A stretch of DNA of 56,216 nt, taken from IMG/VR virus record IMGVR_UViG_3300023174_002623, positions 1 to 56,216 of that record. One strand, given 5' to 3'. Shown here piece after piece: positions 35,868 to 46,975 of this stretch; the stretch's first letter is position 1; every line of letters begins with the position of its first letter. The notes below the pieces were generated by a model, which worked only from the letters and a program-made list of their open reading frames with translations, was not told the DNA's origin and searched no databases. This DNA is from a virus (lineage: Duplodnaviria > Caudoviricetes). The position numbers and the translations under genes were made by a program.

Positions 35868-38800
35868 ATGTTTGTTAGTGAAACATTAAAGACACATCTA
35901 GAAACATCTGCAACAATTAGACTTCAGTCATTAGTATTGGCTGAATGGAACATGAATATGCCAGATAATATTCAAAAAGTTGGAAACTATAGATACCGTC
36001 CATTAGACTCAACTTCACAATATTTTACGCTTCCAATTTCATTTGATCCGCTTGACGAAGGAAATTATTACACAGGTGCAACAGACGCAGACGTAGTTAT
36101 TGACGGTGGATTTACAGACAGCGGAACTCCTCAGCAATTTACATTGCAAAAAGATAAAATGAAAATGATTTATTCTTTAGAAGATTGTTTAAAACCATTT
36201 AGACCAAGATCTGGAATTAATAAACCATTATATTTTGCAGGCAAATATGTTGCAAATTCTGGCGCACAGATGGCTGAAAGACCAAGATACTATATGCCAT
36301 CTAGATATGATGAGTTTAGATATTGGACTTCATATAGAACAGAAGATAATTTTGAACGTGGCATTGCTAATAATATTTCTAATGGCTTAAACTTTATAGA
36401 TGATGCAGTACCATTTGTTGTTTATAAAGAACAGGTTCCAGCAAACCGAGTTATTGTTAAAATGCAAACAAATGTTGGCTCAGTTGATCTTGGCCCATTT
36501 ACAACAAGCACTGCATCTATAGATGATCCTTTGTTTGGTGATGCAAATAAAACAACACCATCTAGATGGAACATTCAATATCTAAGTGATAATAACTGGA
36601 TAGACCTATACTCTTTTACAGAAGCAGATACAAGACCTGACGGGTCTGCAATTATTGGACCAGATGGTTATGTAGAATTAGAGTATGGATTAGTAATACC
36701 AGAGGCATACAAAGATATATTTATTTATGCAGAAACTTTATCTTCCATAACACTAAGACCAGATGCAGCACCAGTTGGATATGCTTATCTGGTTGTCCCT
36801 AATGAAGGAGATCAGGGAATATTTTATATTTATACTGGCACAGGTGAAGACGATGGGTATGAATCTTTTATTCCAGAATACGGCTGGGTACTTGGATCAG
36901 AAACAATAACTAATCAAACAAACTTTGTAACAGACCTTACATCTCCAGAACAATTTACAGACAACGTAAATGGATCTGTTGTATATAGAGAATTTGCATA
37001 TATGCAGGGTATGAGAATTTCTGTAGAAGTTATGAATAAATTTGACTCTACATTTGATTTAATTGAAATGTCACCAAGGCTAGTAGTAGATATAGCAGAT
37101 AAGGTCATTGATTTTTCAATTACCAAAACTTTGTCAGACATAGGAGTTACATCACTACCAGTTGGACAATTACTTGCTTCGACTGGCTCGTTATCTATTT
37201 TTGATGATGATCAAGCCTTCAATGAATATAACACTTCTAGTATTATTTCAAACTATGTTAGAAAAAATATTAAATTTAACTTTTATGAAATTATAGTTAA
37301 TGTTGATGGATTTGATTACTACGTACCAATTAAAACATTGTACTCAGAAGGTATGCCACAAGCAGATGTAACTGCTGGAACATTAAATCTTGAACTGCGT
37401 GACTTGTATTTCTTTGTTGAGTCAATGCCTGCTCCAAGATTATTGATGACAGAGACATCTTTAAGTATGGCTATCACAACATTACTTGACTATATTGGTT
37501 TTAGCAATTATTCTTTTAGAAGACTGGAAACAGAGTCAGACCCAATAATTCCATACTTCTTTGTTGCTCCAGATCAAAACGTAGCAGAGGTTTTAAATCA
37601 ATTAGCAATTGCTACACAAAGTGCTATGTTTTTTGATGAATATAACAATTTTATAGTTATGAGTAAAAATTACTTAATGCCAGATGCAGAGCAAAGAGTT
37701 ACAGATTTTGTTTTATCTGGAACGAACAACCAAACAGATTCTGGAGTGGTAGAAAATGCTACCTCTGGAAATCTTCCAAATATTATGGCTATAGCCTCCC
37801 AAGATAAAAAAGTTTACAATGGTGGAAACATTTCTTATACAGCAAGATATATTCAAAGATCTTATGGAAGTATAAGGCAGTCAAGTATGGTTGATAGAGA
37901 CAAGACTTGGATTTATAAGCCTGCTTTGCTCTGGGAAGTTTCTGGTACAGATAACACAAAGACAATTAATGAGGTAGCATCTAAACAAGGAAAGTATGTC
38001 CTTGGTGCTATGCCATTAAACTCTGACCTAACTGGAAGCCTGCCTACTGTAGAAAACGGTATTGTAGTAAACAATATAATGGATATTGGTGAAAATGTAT
38101 ATTGGTTAACTAGATATCAAGGATACTTTTATTCTGGCGGAGAGATTATTAAATATGATGCTGCTGAATTTAATATTACTGGTACTGGAAATGTTTGGAT
38201 TAGCAGTAATCAAGAGTATCAAAAATATTTTGCTTCAATACCATTTAATGGAAAAATATATCCAACAGGTCTTATAAGAATATTCTCAACCCCATATTAT
38301 GAGACAGTTGACGGTATAGAAAGGCTTCAACCAGGAGCGGTGTATGAAAGCGGTAGAGGCCAGTTTGGTACCCCAGTAGTATCACACAGCGCAGGAATTA
38401 ACCAATATTGGTCTGACAACGAATATGTTCGTGGTTGTGATATGCAAACACAATACTTATTTACAACAACTTTAGATGCAAATCTATCTGTTCCAGCAAC
38501 AACAGTTGGTGCTGCAGGAATAAATAATACTCTTGCTAGACAAACAACAAGAAATGGAATTATTAAAAATTTTATGTCAAGTAGTTTTTTGACAGAAACA
38601 GATGTAAATAGTCTTAAATCAACACAGACTGGAACAATTCAGTCTTCAGCACTTATAATGAATGGCCCATCTTTTAAAACTACAGAGGTTCCTCTTAATT
38701 TTGTATCATATCAATATAAGCAACTTGATAATGCATACAGAAGTTTTGGCGCAAGAATGAGAATTATTGGAAAAATTGAAAATAATGAAACTCGTGGACA

Positions 38801-40190
38801 AACACCAACGGGCAGTACATCTTATTATCAGGTAAACTCAGTACAGGCAAACCAGAACGTTAGCATTGGTGGTGGTTCTGGAGGATTAGCAATTATGGTA
38901 AATCCAGAAACAAATAATGGATATTATTTTGAAATTGTTGCTTTAACAGAAACAAATGTTGAATCTTACTTAAAACTTGATACCACTGGTCAGGCCTCAG
39001 TAAATATTAATAATGTTGTTTTTTATAAAGTAAAGAAGGACGCATCAAATAATAATGCTATACCAGTAAAACTTTGGGGTGGACTAACAAGCATTATTGT
39101 TGATGATGGCAAGTTTACTGGACAGTACAGAATGGCTGGAGAAGACAAGCCAACGGTATATGACTTATCAGTTGAGTATCAAGACATTGGAACACTTCGT
39201 AGATTTTATTTATATATAAATAATAAGTTAGTCAAGATTGTTGATGATACAGATCCGCTTCCAGTTTATAATAATATTGCTCCATTTGTAAGAGGCTCAT
39301 CAAGAGTTATGTTTGAAAATCTATATGCATTAACCAACAATTATGCACAAAACACAGTGTCGGTTGTTGGAGAAACCCTTTCTGGAGTTTTTGGAGATAG
39401 TGAGATAGATGCAAATGAGTCATTCAGAAAATATGCAATCAGCGGTTTAATTCAGGGAACCTATCTGACTGGAATAAGTTCTGGTCAACCACCAAAATAT
39501 AACATGTATTTTGAAGAATTTGGTTCCATTATGCGTGAGTGTGCCTATTTTGATATTAAGTATGATCGCTCATATCCTGCTTTATATGCTCAACTATCTC
39601 CAACATTTAATAGAATCAAGGGATACTCAATTTCTGGATTCCAGGCAGACTCGTACGGCGCTGAGTTTTTAATTTTTAATGCTTCAGATACAGCATTAAA
39701 CTTAGATGAAACAACAGGAAACTATCTAAGAATCCAGGGTATTACATTTACGCAAGATACAACATACCAGTTAACAGTAGATGAATACTTCAAGAAAGAA
39801 AGTAATTTGTCTGACCCACAACTACAGGGTAGTACTCTTATTACATCTCCATTAGTTCAAAAAGCAAAGTATGACGAAATAAAATTGAGTAGACTTATTT
39901 ATGGAAAAAATGACTTTGCTATTGAGAGTCCATATATTCAGACCCAGGATGATGCAGAAGAACTTATGGGATGGATTATTAGCAAAGTTATGTCTCCTAA
40001 AAAATCAATTGGAATAAGTTTATTTTCAATTCCTACACTTCAATTAGGAGATATTGTTACAGTTGACTATAAAAATAATGATGGCCTAGATTTAGTAGCA
40101 AATGATTCTAACAGATTTGTTGTGTATAATATTTCTTATAATAGAACATTGGAAGGTCCATCTATGACAGTATATTTGAGTGAGGTATAA
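35868..40190 (+). CDS. Large tail-tip/hub minor tail protein (1440 aa)
   Basis: Position; LNQLAIATQSAMFFDEYN and SPYIQTQDDA...PTLQLGDIVTV hub-like motifs. Confidence 0.75.
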   Translation: MFVSETLKTHLETSATIRLQSLVLAEWNMNMPDNIQKVGNYRYRPLDSTSQYFTLPISFDPLDEGNYYTGATDADVVIDGGFTDSGTPQQFTLQKDKMKMIYSLEDCLKPFRPRSGINKPLYFAGKYVANSGAQMAERPRYYMPSRYDEFRYWTSYRTEDNFERGIANNISNGLNFIDDAVPFVVYKEQVPANRVIVKMQTNVGSVDLGPFTTSTASIDDPLFGDANKTTPSRWNIQYLSDNNWIDLYSFTEADTRPDGSAIIGPDGYVELEYGLVIPEAYKDIFIYAETLSSITLRPDAAPVGYAYLVVPNEGDQGIFYIYTGTGEDDGYESFIPEYGWVLGSETITNQTNFVTDLTSPEQFTDNVNGSVVYREFAYMQGMRISVEVMNKFDSTFDLIEMSPRLVVDIADKVIDFSITKTLSDIGVTSLPVGQLLASTGSLSIFDDDQAFNEYNTSSIISNYVRKNIKFNFYEIIVNVDGFDYYVPIKTLYSEGMPQADVTAGTLNLELRDLYFFVESMPAPRLLMTETSLSMAITTLLDYIGFSNYSFRRLETESDPIIPYFFVAPDQNVAEVLNQLAIATQSAMFFDEYNNFIVMSKNYLMPDAEQRVTDFVLSGTNNQTDSGVVENATSGNLPNIMAIASQDKKVYNGGNISYTARYIQRSYGSIRQSSMVDRDKTWIYKPALLWEVSGTDNTKTINEVASKQGKYVLGAMPLNSDLTGSLPTVENGIVVNNIMDIGENVYWLTRYQGYFYSGGEIIKYDAAEFNITGTGNVWISSNQEYQKYFASIPFNGKIYPTGLIRIFSTPYYETVDGIERLQPGAVYESGRGQFGTPVVSHSAGINQYWSDNEYVRGCDMQTQYLFTTTLDANLSVPATTVGAAGINNTLARQTTRNGIIKNFMSSSFLTETDVNSLKSTQTGTIQSSALIMNGPSFKTTEVPLNFVSYQYKQLDNAYRSFGARMRIIGKIENNETRGQTPTGSTSYYQVNSVQANQNVSIGGGSGGLAIMVNPETNNGYYFEIVALTETNVESYLKLDTTGQASVNINNVVFYKVKKDASNNNAIPVKLWGGLTSIIVDDGKFTGQYRMAGEDKPTVYDLSVEYQDIGTLRRFYLYINNKLVKIVDDTDPLPVYNNIAPFVRGSSRVMFENLYALTNNYAQNTVSVVGETLSGVFGDSEIDANESFRKYAISGLIQGTYLTGISSGQPPKYNMYFEEFGSIMRECAYFDIKYDRSYPALYAQLSPTFNRIKGYSISGFQADSYGAEFLIFNASDTALNLDETTGNYLRIQGITFTQDTTYQLTVDEYFKKESNLSDPQLQGSTLITSPLVQKAKYDEIKLSRLIYGKNDFAIESPYIQTQDDAEELMGWIISKVMSPKKSIGISLFSIPTLQLGDIVTVDYKNNDGLDLVANDSNRFVVYNISYNRTLEGPSMTVYLSEV

Positions 40191-40191
40191 G

Positions 40192-40752
40192 ATGTCTGAA
40201 AACACGTTTAGAGATACGGAGTACCGATCAACCGATACAACTTCTAATTACAAACAAGTTAATTCGGTAAGCCCAATACCTTTAACACCAGGAGTGCTTG
40301 GACTTGGAGTAGGATTGAAGTCTGTAGACCCAGTATTAACTGCACCAATAGATACTATTTTGTATAATGATGATTCATTGCCAATAGAAATAATGACAGA
40401 TCTTATTTTTGAAAATATTGGTGGTCAAGAATTAATTAATATTGCTAGAAATGATACTGTAAATGGTCAAACAATCATTTATCAGCCTATTAAGAATTTA
40501 ACTGCTGTACAACAACAGTATAACCCTAATAATATAGTTAGTCTTCAGGCAACATCAGATAAATATTTTCAAAACTTTTCTATTAAGTTTGATGAAAAGG
40601 TTCCAGATCAAGGAACTGGCCCAGGTGGTGCTCATGTGTATATTGATCCAATAACAGGAGAACTAGTTGTTGAGGCAATAAACTTGAAGTCGGATGAGCA
40701 GATAGAGGTAGAGATTACCATAAGTGGTACAATATATGAGGCGGTAATTTAA
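40192..40752 (+). CDS. Hypothetical tail protein
   Basis: GAGG RBS before ATG 40192; in the tail operon. Confidence 0.6.
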   Translation: MSENTFRDTEYRSTDTTSNYKQVNSVSPIPLTPGVLGLGVGLKSVDPVLTAPIDTILYNDDSLPIEIMTDLIFENIGGQELINIARNDTVNGQTIIYQPIKNLTAVQQQYNPNNIVSLQATSDKYFQNFSIKFDEKVPDQGTGPGGAHVYIDPITGELVVEAINLKSDEQIEVEITISGTIYEAVI

Positions 40753-41904
40753 ATGATAACTAACAACGGAAAATCAATAATTGGGAAGTATTTGCTTGGA
40801 CAGGCTCCAGCATACGCTTCATACATTGCTGTTGGCTGTGGGGCGCAACCATTGGCAACTGGTGATCCATACGGAGATTACTCTTTAAAAGATAACTTAG
40901 ATTTTGAGATGTTTAGAGTTCCAATTTCTTCAAGAGGTTTTGTAAATGATGGCGGAACAGAAAAGATAGTTCTTACTGCAGAATTACCAACAGAAGAAAG
41001 ATATGAGATAACTGAAATTGGATTATACTCAGCAGGATCTAACCCATCTGCTGGAGCATATGACAGTAAAACAGTTTTTGCTTTTACTCAAGGAGAAAAC
41101 TGGCAATATCACACTAATGTTGCAGCAACTGCTATTCCAACAATAACAGAGCCTTTAGATGATCCATTAGATGATAATATTATTGCAACAGTAGATCCAG
41201 TATTTCAGACAAATGCTGACAACTCTATCTTTTATAAAACTCCACGTCCAGAAAGATATGAACGTGCAAGATTTTTAAATAATATTATTTTAATTCAAGG
41301 TGATGACTCAGACCTAACAATTGATGCAAGCACTGGATCACCTGCTGGCCATTTTGTTATTGAGGCTGGATCAAACCATATACACCTAACTGGAGCAGAT
41401 GTTAATTTTAGTAAAAACTCTCCAATAGATGAGTTACGTCTTGCTTTTTCTATTATCAGCAAAGATGGAGATTCTTTTGCAGTGCCAGATACAGTTAGAA
41501 TTTTAGTAGATTTTGCAACAACGGATGCAGAAACACCAGAAGAGTTTGCTAGATTTGAGATTGAATTAGACAACGGAAACGGCAGCGGAGCAACATATGA
41601 TTTTGCAGCAAACAGATACTATGTTGCTACATCACAATTACAAGAACTTTACCAAACACAAGGGTTTACATGGAATGCAGTTACCGTAGTAAAGATTTAT
41701 GCTTGTGCACTTGTTTCAAATGTTCCTTCTGATGATTACTACATTGCACTTGATGCACTTAGACTAGAGAATATTGCAACAACTAATCCATTATACGGTC
41801 TAACTGGTTATTCCGTTGTTAAGAACATAGATGCAGAAACAATTATTAAATCACCAAACACAAGTAATTATATTGAATTTAGATTTTCAGTTGGTGTTAC
41901 ATAA
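40753..41904 (+). CDS. Minor tail/baseplate protein
   Basis: MITNNG...YIAVGCG...ITEIGLYS resembles fibre-attachment (DUF3751-like) N-termini. Confidence 0.6.
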   Translation: MITNNGKSIIGKYLLGQAPAYASYIAVGCGAQPLATGDPYGDYSLKDNLDFEMFRVPISSRGFVNDGGTEKIVLTAELPTEERYEITEIGLYSAGSNPSAGAYDSKTVFAFTQGENWQYHTNVAATAIPTITEPLDDPLDDNIIATVDPVFQTNADNSIFYKTPRPERYERARFLNNIILIQGDDSDLTIDASTGSPAGHFVIEAGSNHIHLTGADVNFSKNSPIDELRLAFSIISKDGDSFAVPDTVRILVDFATTDAETPEEFARFEIELDNGNGSGATYDFAANRYYVATSQLQELYQTQGFTWNAVTVVKIYACALVSNVPSDDYYIALDALRLENIATTNPLYGLTGYSVVKNIDAETIIKSPNTSNYIEFRFSVGVT

Positions 41905-42446
41905 TGGCTAATGAAACAATTAAAAAATTTAAAACACCTTATTCAAGTTTGCCTCCAATTGGTAGTGAAACACAGGGCTATTCTTTGAGATATAGAATTA
42001 TCTCAGATGATAAAAATAGAACGTCGCACTGGTCTCCAGTTTATTTAATTGAGCCAGATTATACATTTGTTCCAGGAATTATAAATTTTGCATCTATAGG
42101 GTCATTGAGTGGAACAACTGCTTTTTTTGCTTGGGATGCAGTAACAATTAATAAAGTTGATGGAGCAAATACTTATTTTATTAAAAAAGAATCTCAGTAT
42201 GATTTTTGGGTTAGATGGGATCAAGGAGGCGGTAATGGAGACTGGCTATATAAAGAAAGATTGTCCGCAAGTTCTTTATCCTTACCAGTTCCAACAACAT
42301 ATACTGTAAATGGAGTTGTACAAGCAAGTCCACCAAACAGAATAAGTATTGAGATTTATCTTCCAGGGTATCCGATTGAAAGATCAGATGGGGCTGTTGG
42401 AACACCTTTTTTAAAAGTATACAGATTGCTCAATCAGACTGTTTAA
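41904..42446 (+). CDS. Hypothetical FN3-like tail protein
   Basis: YSLRYRIISDDKNRTSHWSP beta-sandwich pattern; TAATG coupling. Confidence 0.5.
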   Translation: MANETIKKFKTPYSSLPPIGSETQGYSLRYRIISDDKNRTSHWSPVYLIEPDYTFVPGIINFASIGSLSGTTAFFAWDAVTINKVDGANTYFIKKESQYDFWVRWDQGGGNGDWLYKERLSASSLSLPVPTTYTVNGVVQASPPNRISIEIYLPGYPIERSDGAVGTPFLKVYRLLNQTV

Positions 42447-42455
42447 TGATATAAT
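42447..42455 (+). promoter_or_regulatory. Extended -10 promoter
   Basis: TGATATAAT 9 nt before ATG 42465. Confidence 0.6.
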
Positions 42456-42464
42456 GGAGAGATA

Positions 42465-42908
42465 ATGGCTAAAGTACCGCTACCAGAACGAGGACAACCT
42501 CTAGATTTAACATATATTTATCAGTTAGTTGATACTGTTAATAATTTGTCTACACAGGTTTCATCCGCAACATACAATTACACTACAGTTGATACTGTGT
42601 CTGCTGGAAAACAAAGCATTAAAACATCAGAAGCAAGAGTTGTTGGTGGATATGTAGAGGTTGCTAACAATTCTACAGTTAGTGCTGGAAATGAAAAGAC
42701 ATTTTCATATGACTTTCCATCAGACTTTAAGTATTCTCCAATTGCATCTGCAACAGCAGTAAATATTGGAAATACTCCAGCAGGACAAAATGTTAACGTT
42801 ATTTTAAAAAGTGTAACTACTTCAAGAGTAGAGGGCATTGTAAGATTTGGTGCATCTGGAGATCTTTCTCTGGCAGTCCACCTTATCATTATTGGTATAC
42901 CAAACTAA
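42465..42908 (+). CDS. Minor tail protein with a small beta C-terminal domain
   Basis: PERGQPLD helical N-terminus; FSYDFPSDFKYSP...VHLIIIG C-terminus resembles H-type-lectin/gp53-like domains. Confidence 0.5.
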   Translation: MAKVPLPERGQPLDLTYIYQLVDTVNNLSTQVSSATYNYTTVDTVSAGKQSIKTSEARVVGGYVEVANNSTVSAGNEKTFSYDFPSDFKYSPIASATAVNIGNTPAGQNVNVILKSVTTSRVEGIVRFGASGDLSLAVHLIIIGIPN

Positions 42909-42921
42909 AGGGGACTGGGTA

Positions 42922-43110
42922 ATGCATTGCGGTAAATGCAATGGCAGAATGTTTGTTGATAGACAATATTCTAGCCAAATACATATTGAAACTTATTGCG
43001 TCTGTTGTGGTTCAAGAAAATTTTTTCATCCACCGTCAGACAGCAAGGAGGGTAGATGGATTTTAAACCAAGAAAACTTGAGAGCAAAGACTACAATAGT
43101 CAACCTGTAA
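42922..43110 (+). CDS. Small Zn-ribbon protein
   Basis: MHCGKC...YCVCCG (two CxxC); AGGGG RBS. Confidence 0.7.
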   Translation: MHCGKCNGRMFVDRQYSSQIHIETYCVCCGSRKFFHPPSDSKEGRWILNQENLRAKTTIVNL

Positions 43111-43601
43111 TTAATGGAAACAAAAAGATTTGGTTTCTAAATGGTGACTTGGTTAGATTGCATCATAGTTCAAGATCTACTGGAATGGTCTCTGTTTATA
43201 ATATTACAAAAGACAGAATAGAAACTTGTTTTCGTGCTGACTTTAGAAAAAATAGACAAAAGGCTTATACTGTAACAGAAACAGCCAAACTTGTCAATAG
43301 GCATCGTAAGTATTTTCCATTATTAATTAAACGAGGAGTCATTCCTCCACCAATGGGTTCACAATTAAACGGGGTACGTCATTGGCAAGTAAGAGCATAT
43401 TACTCTGAATCGCAAGTAAAAGAGATACGTGATATACTTGCAAGTATACATATTGGAAGACCAAGAAAAGATAATTTAATAACAAACAACATGACACCTA
43501 CAAGTCAAGAGTTGACACGTAGGACAGGCGATGGTATACTGGTTTATACAAGAACTGAAGATGGCAGATTTATTCCAGTTTGGAATGAGAGCATTAACTA
43601 A
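43056..43601 (+). CDS. DNA-binding protein with MerR/excisionase-like HTH
   Basis: AAGGAGG RBS; AYTVTETAKLVNRH...RGVIPPP...YYSESQVKEIR. Confidence 0.7.
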   Translation: MDFKPRKLESKDYNSQPVINGNKKIWFLNGDLVRLHHSSRSTGMVSVYNITKDRIETCFRADFRKNRQKAYTVTETAKLVNRHRKYFPLLIKRGVIPPPMGSQLNGVRHWQVRAYYSESQVKEIRDILASIHIGRPRKDNLITNNMTPTSQELTRRTGDGILVYTRTEDGRFIPVWNESIN

Positions 43602-43846
43602 TGGGGGAAATCATGGAAGAAATTACAGAAAACGTTATTGAAAGACAAAACACAAAGGTATCTGCAACACTTGGGTACACACTTAACTTGGGTAATTTTC
43701 AGTCGCTAAGAGTTGATCTTGGCGTTGTAGATTACACTCGTGAAGGAGAAACAACAAATGAAGCAATGGATCGCATCTATGCATTTGTTGAAAATAAAGT
43801 AATTGAAAAAGTCAACGAAGCAAAAGCCGAAATCGTAGCAGAGTAG
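43601..43846 (+). CDS. Hypothetical phage protein
   Basis: YTLNLGNFQSLRVD motif; alternative start at 43613 after GGGGG. Confidence 0.65.
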   Translation: MGEIMEEITENVIERQNTKVSATLGYTLNLGNFQSLRVDLGVVDYTREGETTNEAMDRIYAFVENKVIEKVNEAKAEIVAE

Positions 43847-43847
43847 A

Positions 43848-44156
43848 GTGGCTGAACGCAAAGACCGAATGGCTTTGCTCAGTCGCTACAACAAACTTTA
43901 CTTGCAGAGATATGAGCAAAAGTCTAACATCAACTTAAACGTTGAGCAGTGGGCATCAGATGCCCTTGTTGAATCATATGGACTTCCTGCTTGCTATGAC
44001 TTATTGGATTATTATTTTAGCGTAGCACAAGAGCCAACTTGGAACTTCTTTTCTTATAATGCAGAAAAAATTCTTAATGGTAAACTTGATAAAGAACAAG
44101 ACGACACAGAACGAAAACAACGTAGGGCTAAAGCAAGGGAGTGGTTAAGTGAATAA
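43848..44156 (+). CDS. Hypothetical helical protein, possible helicase loader/initiator
   Basis: Overlaps the helicase start; the function is inferred from position only. Confidence 0.55.
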   Translation: MAERKDRMALLSRYNKLYLQRYEQKSNINLNVEQWASDALVESYGLPACYDLLDYYFSVAQEPTWNFFSYNAEKILNGKLDKEQDDTERKQRRAKAREWLSE

Positions 44157-45375
44157 CACAGAGGCAAAACTAATCACTGCTGTTTTAACTGACAAGCAAG
44201 TTCACGTATTACTACAGGCTAATGTTGATAATCTTTTAAGAACACATAACGATGTGTGGAACTTTATCAGGAACTATTCTGAAACAAATGGAACAGTTCC
44301 TCCAGTCTCACTTGTGGTAGAAAAGTTTAGAGACTTTGCGCCAGCCGAAGGTATTGGTGCAACAAAACATCACCTAGATGAACTGCAAGTAGAATATTTA
44401 AATGATAGCCTGAAGGATATTATTCGTAACGCTGCATCTGAAATCCAGCAGGGTGAAGGACCAAAAGCACTAGAAGAACTTATTACTAAAACCTCAGAGT
44501 TAAAAAAGAATACATCTACTATCCGTGATATTGATGCTACAGATATAGATTCTGCTATTGCATATTTTGAAAATGTTAAGCAGCAACAAGCACTTGGTCA
44601 CATTGGAATCAAGACTGGTCTTCCAGGATTTGATAACTACTTACCTTCTGGAATTATGCCAGGGCAGTTAGGTGTGTTCCTTGCTTATCCAGGAATTGGT
44701 AAATCATGGCTGGCCTTGTACTTTGCTGTGCAGGCTTGGAAGCAGGGCAAGACTCCTTTAATTATTAGTCTTGAAATGTCTGAAACAGAAGTTAGAAACC
44801 GTGCATTTACTATTATGGGTGAAGGGCTTTGGTCACATAGAAAACTTTCTAATGGAGAAGTAGAACTTGATATGCTTAAGAAATGGCATGAAAACAAACT
44901 TCAAGGCAGACCACACTTTCATATTATTTCAAATGATCAAGGCGGAGAAGTAACACCTTCAGTTATTCGTGGAAAAATTGATCAGTACAAGCCTGACTTT
45001 GTTATCGTTGACTATTTGCAACTCATGAGTCCAAACCAAAAGTCAGACAACGAAACGGTACGAATGAAGAACCTTTCTCGTGAACTAAAACTTATGGCTA
45101 TTAGTGAAGAAGTACCTATCATGGCTATTTCATCTGCAACTCCAGATGATGCAAAAGACTTGAGTAGTGTACCTACTCTTGGTCAAACATCTTGGTCTAG
45201 ACAGATTGCTTACGATGCTGATTGGGTATTAGCACTTGGTCGTGCAACCAACAGTGATATTATTGAATGTGCTTTTAGAAAAAATCGTAATGGTTATATG
45301 GGAGACTTTTTAGTACAATGTGATTTTGATAAAGGTTATTACAAATATAAGGATTTTGAAGACAAGAATGGCTAA
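44149..45375 (+). CDS. dnaB: Replicative DnaB-like helicase
   Basis: IKTGLPGFD, AYPGIGKS (Walker A), ISLEMS, VIVDYLQLM, SRELKLMA, IAYDAD, KNRNG. Confidence 0.93.
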   Translation: MNNTEAKLITAVLTDKQVHVLLQANVDNLLRTHNDVWNFIRNYSETNGTVPPVSLVVEKFRDFAPAEGIGATKHHLDELQVEYLNDSLKDIIRNAASEIQQGEGPKALEELITKTSELKKNTSTIRDIDATDIDSAIAYFENVKQQQALGHIGIKTGLPGFDNYLPSGIMPGQLGVFLAYPGIGKSWLALYFAVQAWKQGKTPLIISLEMSETEVRNRAFTIMGEGLWSHRKLSNGEVELDMLKKWHENKLQGRPHFHIISNDQGGEVTPSVIRGKIDQYKPDFVIVDYLQLMSPNQKSDNETVRMKNLSRELKLMAISEEVPIMAISSATPDDAKDLSSVPTLGQTSWSRQIAYDADWVLALGRATNSDIIECAFRKNRNGYMGDFLVQCDFDKGYYKYKDFEDKNG

Positions 45376-46291
45376 AGAGTTATATACAACACAGCAGATA
45401 CATAGAGTCCTGTCGGGTGCAGGAATTGACATTGAGGCTGAGTATGGAACTGATTATATAATTTTTTGTCCATATCATAATAACAACAGAACTCCAGCAG
45501 GAGAAGTTTCTAAAGAATCTGGATTGTTTTTTTGTTTTGGTTGTCAAACAACTAGAAGTCTTATTGAATTAATTATGCACATGACAGGAAGAACATATTT
45601 TGAAACTGTTAGATTTATAAAAAGCAAAGAAACAGAAACAGATATTGAAGCAGTTATTAATAAAGCCTTGCATCAGATGCCAGACTTTGTTCAATATGAT
45701 GAACTATTAATTAAGAGATTAAATAAACAAGCACTTGAATCACCAAGAGCCATGAGTTATTTTGAAGGCAGAAGGCTAACAAAAGAGTCTGTGGTAAAAT
45801 TTGATTTAGGGTTTTCAGAAAAACAAGACTCTGTGGTAATTCCAATGCAGTCTCCAGATGGGATGTCGATTGGTTTTGTTGCAAGAACTATTGAAGGCAA
45901 AGAGTTTAAAAATACTCCAGGTCTTCCTAAGAGCAAGATTCTTTTTAATCTTCACAGAGTAAAAGCATCTAAGACTGTTTACGTTGTTGAGTCTTCTTTT
46001 GATGCTATTAGATTGGATCAAGTAGGTTTCCCTGCGGTTGCTACCCTAGGGGCAAATGTTTCATCAAGCCAGATCGAACTTTTGAAGCGGTACTTTACAG
46101 GTGTCCTATTAGTAGCAGACAATGATGAGGCTGGAATAATTATGGCTGAGAAACTTACTGAAAAAATGGGTAACTTAGTTACAGTTATAACACCTGACAA
46201 AGGATACAAAGATATAGGTGATATGACAGATGATCAAATTAGAAAACTTGAGTTTCAATTTGACAACGTTATTGACTCTATGCTAAAATAA
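45368..46291 (+). CDS. dnaG: DNA primase (CHC2 Zn finger + TOPRIM)
   Basis: CPYH...FFCFGC, GFVAR, VYVVESSFDA, ATLG, ADNDEAG, KDIGD. Confidence 0.92.
   Translation: MAKELYTTQQIHRVLSGAGIDIEAEYGTDYIIFCPYHNNNRTPAGEVSKESGLFFCFGCQTTRSLIELIMHMTGRTYFETVRFIKSKETETDIEAVINKALHQMPDFVQYDELLIKRLNKQALESPRAMSYFEGRRLTKESVVKFDLGFSEKQDSVVIPMQSPDGMSIGFVARTIEGKEFKNTPGLPKSKILFNLHRVKASKTVYVVESSFDAIRLDQVGFPAVATLGANVSSSQIELLKRYFTGVLLVADNDEAGIIMAEKLTEKMGNLVTVITPDKGYKDIGDMTDDQIRKLEFQFDNVIDSMLK
46260..46289 (+). promoter_or_regulatory. Promoter for the SSB/DnaE operon
   Basis: TTGACA-18 nt-TAAAAT with extended TG; AAGGAG RBS before 46319. Confidence 0.65.
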
Positions 46292-46318
46292 TAAAACACT
46301 TATATAAGGAGAAAACAC

Positions 46319-46972
46319 ATGACTATTGTAAAGGGACTAAAAAATATCAACGCCCTAGTCGACAAGCCAAAATACGAAGGTACAGGAACAAAGGTTCGTT
46401 GGGTTAAGTTAGCAGACGGACAAGCAGCAAAGATTAGATTTGTTAACGAGTTGGATCAAGACTCAGCAAACTACAATGAAGACCGTGGATTAGCAGTAGT
46501 ATGTTCAGAGCATACAAATCCAAAAGACTATAAGCGTAAAGCAGCATGTACTCAGGAGTCTGAGGGACGTTGCTTTGGCTGTGAGATGGCACGTAAAGAG
46601 CCTAAGTCTGGCTGGAGAGCACGTCTACGTTTCTACACAAATGTTTTAGTAGATGATGGAACAGAAGATGCATATATCGCTGTTTGGTCACAAGGTATTA
46701 GTAAGCAATCTGCTTTTAATACAATTCGTGAGTATGCCCTTGAAACAGGTAGCATCTCAAACTTACAATGGAAGTTAAAGCGCAATGGTCAGGGAACTGA
46801 AACTAATTATACGCTTATTCCAAGCATTCCAGATTCTGAACCATTCAAGTGGGATGGCTATGAATTCTTCAACCTAGAAAAGGTTGTTCGTGAAGTTCCT
46901 TATCCAGAGCAAGAAGCATTCTACTTTGGGTTCGATACTCCATCTGCTACCAGCACAAATATTGACTGGTAA
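46319..46972 (+). CDS. Single-stranded DNA-binding protein (gp32-like)
   Basis: KIRFVNE, H/C/CxxC Zn ligands, KRNGQGTETNYTL, acidic-aromatic tail IDW; lies between primase and polymerase. Confidence 0.75.
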   Translation: MTIVKGLKNINALVDKPKYEGTGTKVRWVKLADGQAAKIRFVNELDQDSANYNEDRGLAVVCSEHTNPKDYKRKAACTQESEGRCFGCEMARKEPKSGWRARLRFYTNVLVDDGTEDAYIAVWSQGISKQSAFNTIREYALETGSISNLQWKLKRNGQGTETNYTLIPSIPDSEPFKWDGYEFFNLEKVVREVPYPEQEAFYFGFDTPSATSTNIDW

Positions 46973-46975
46973 TAG

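Noticed and set aside
42922-43110. WhiB-like transcription factor (actinophage marker)
   Set aside because: The cysteine spacing is two CxxC pairs of a Zn ribbon, with no WhiB C-x2-C-x5-C or G(V/I)WGG motif.
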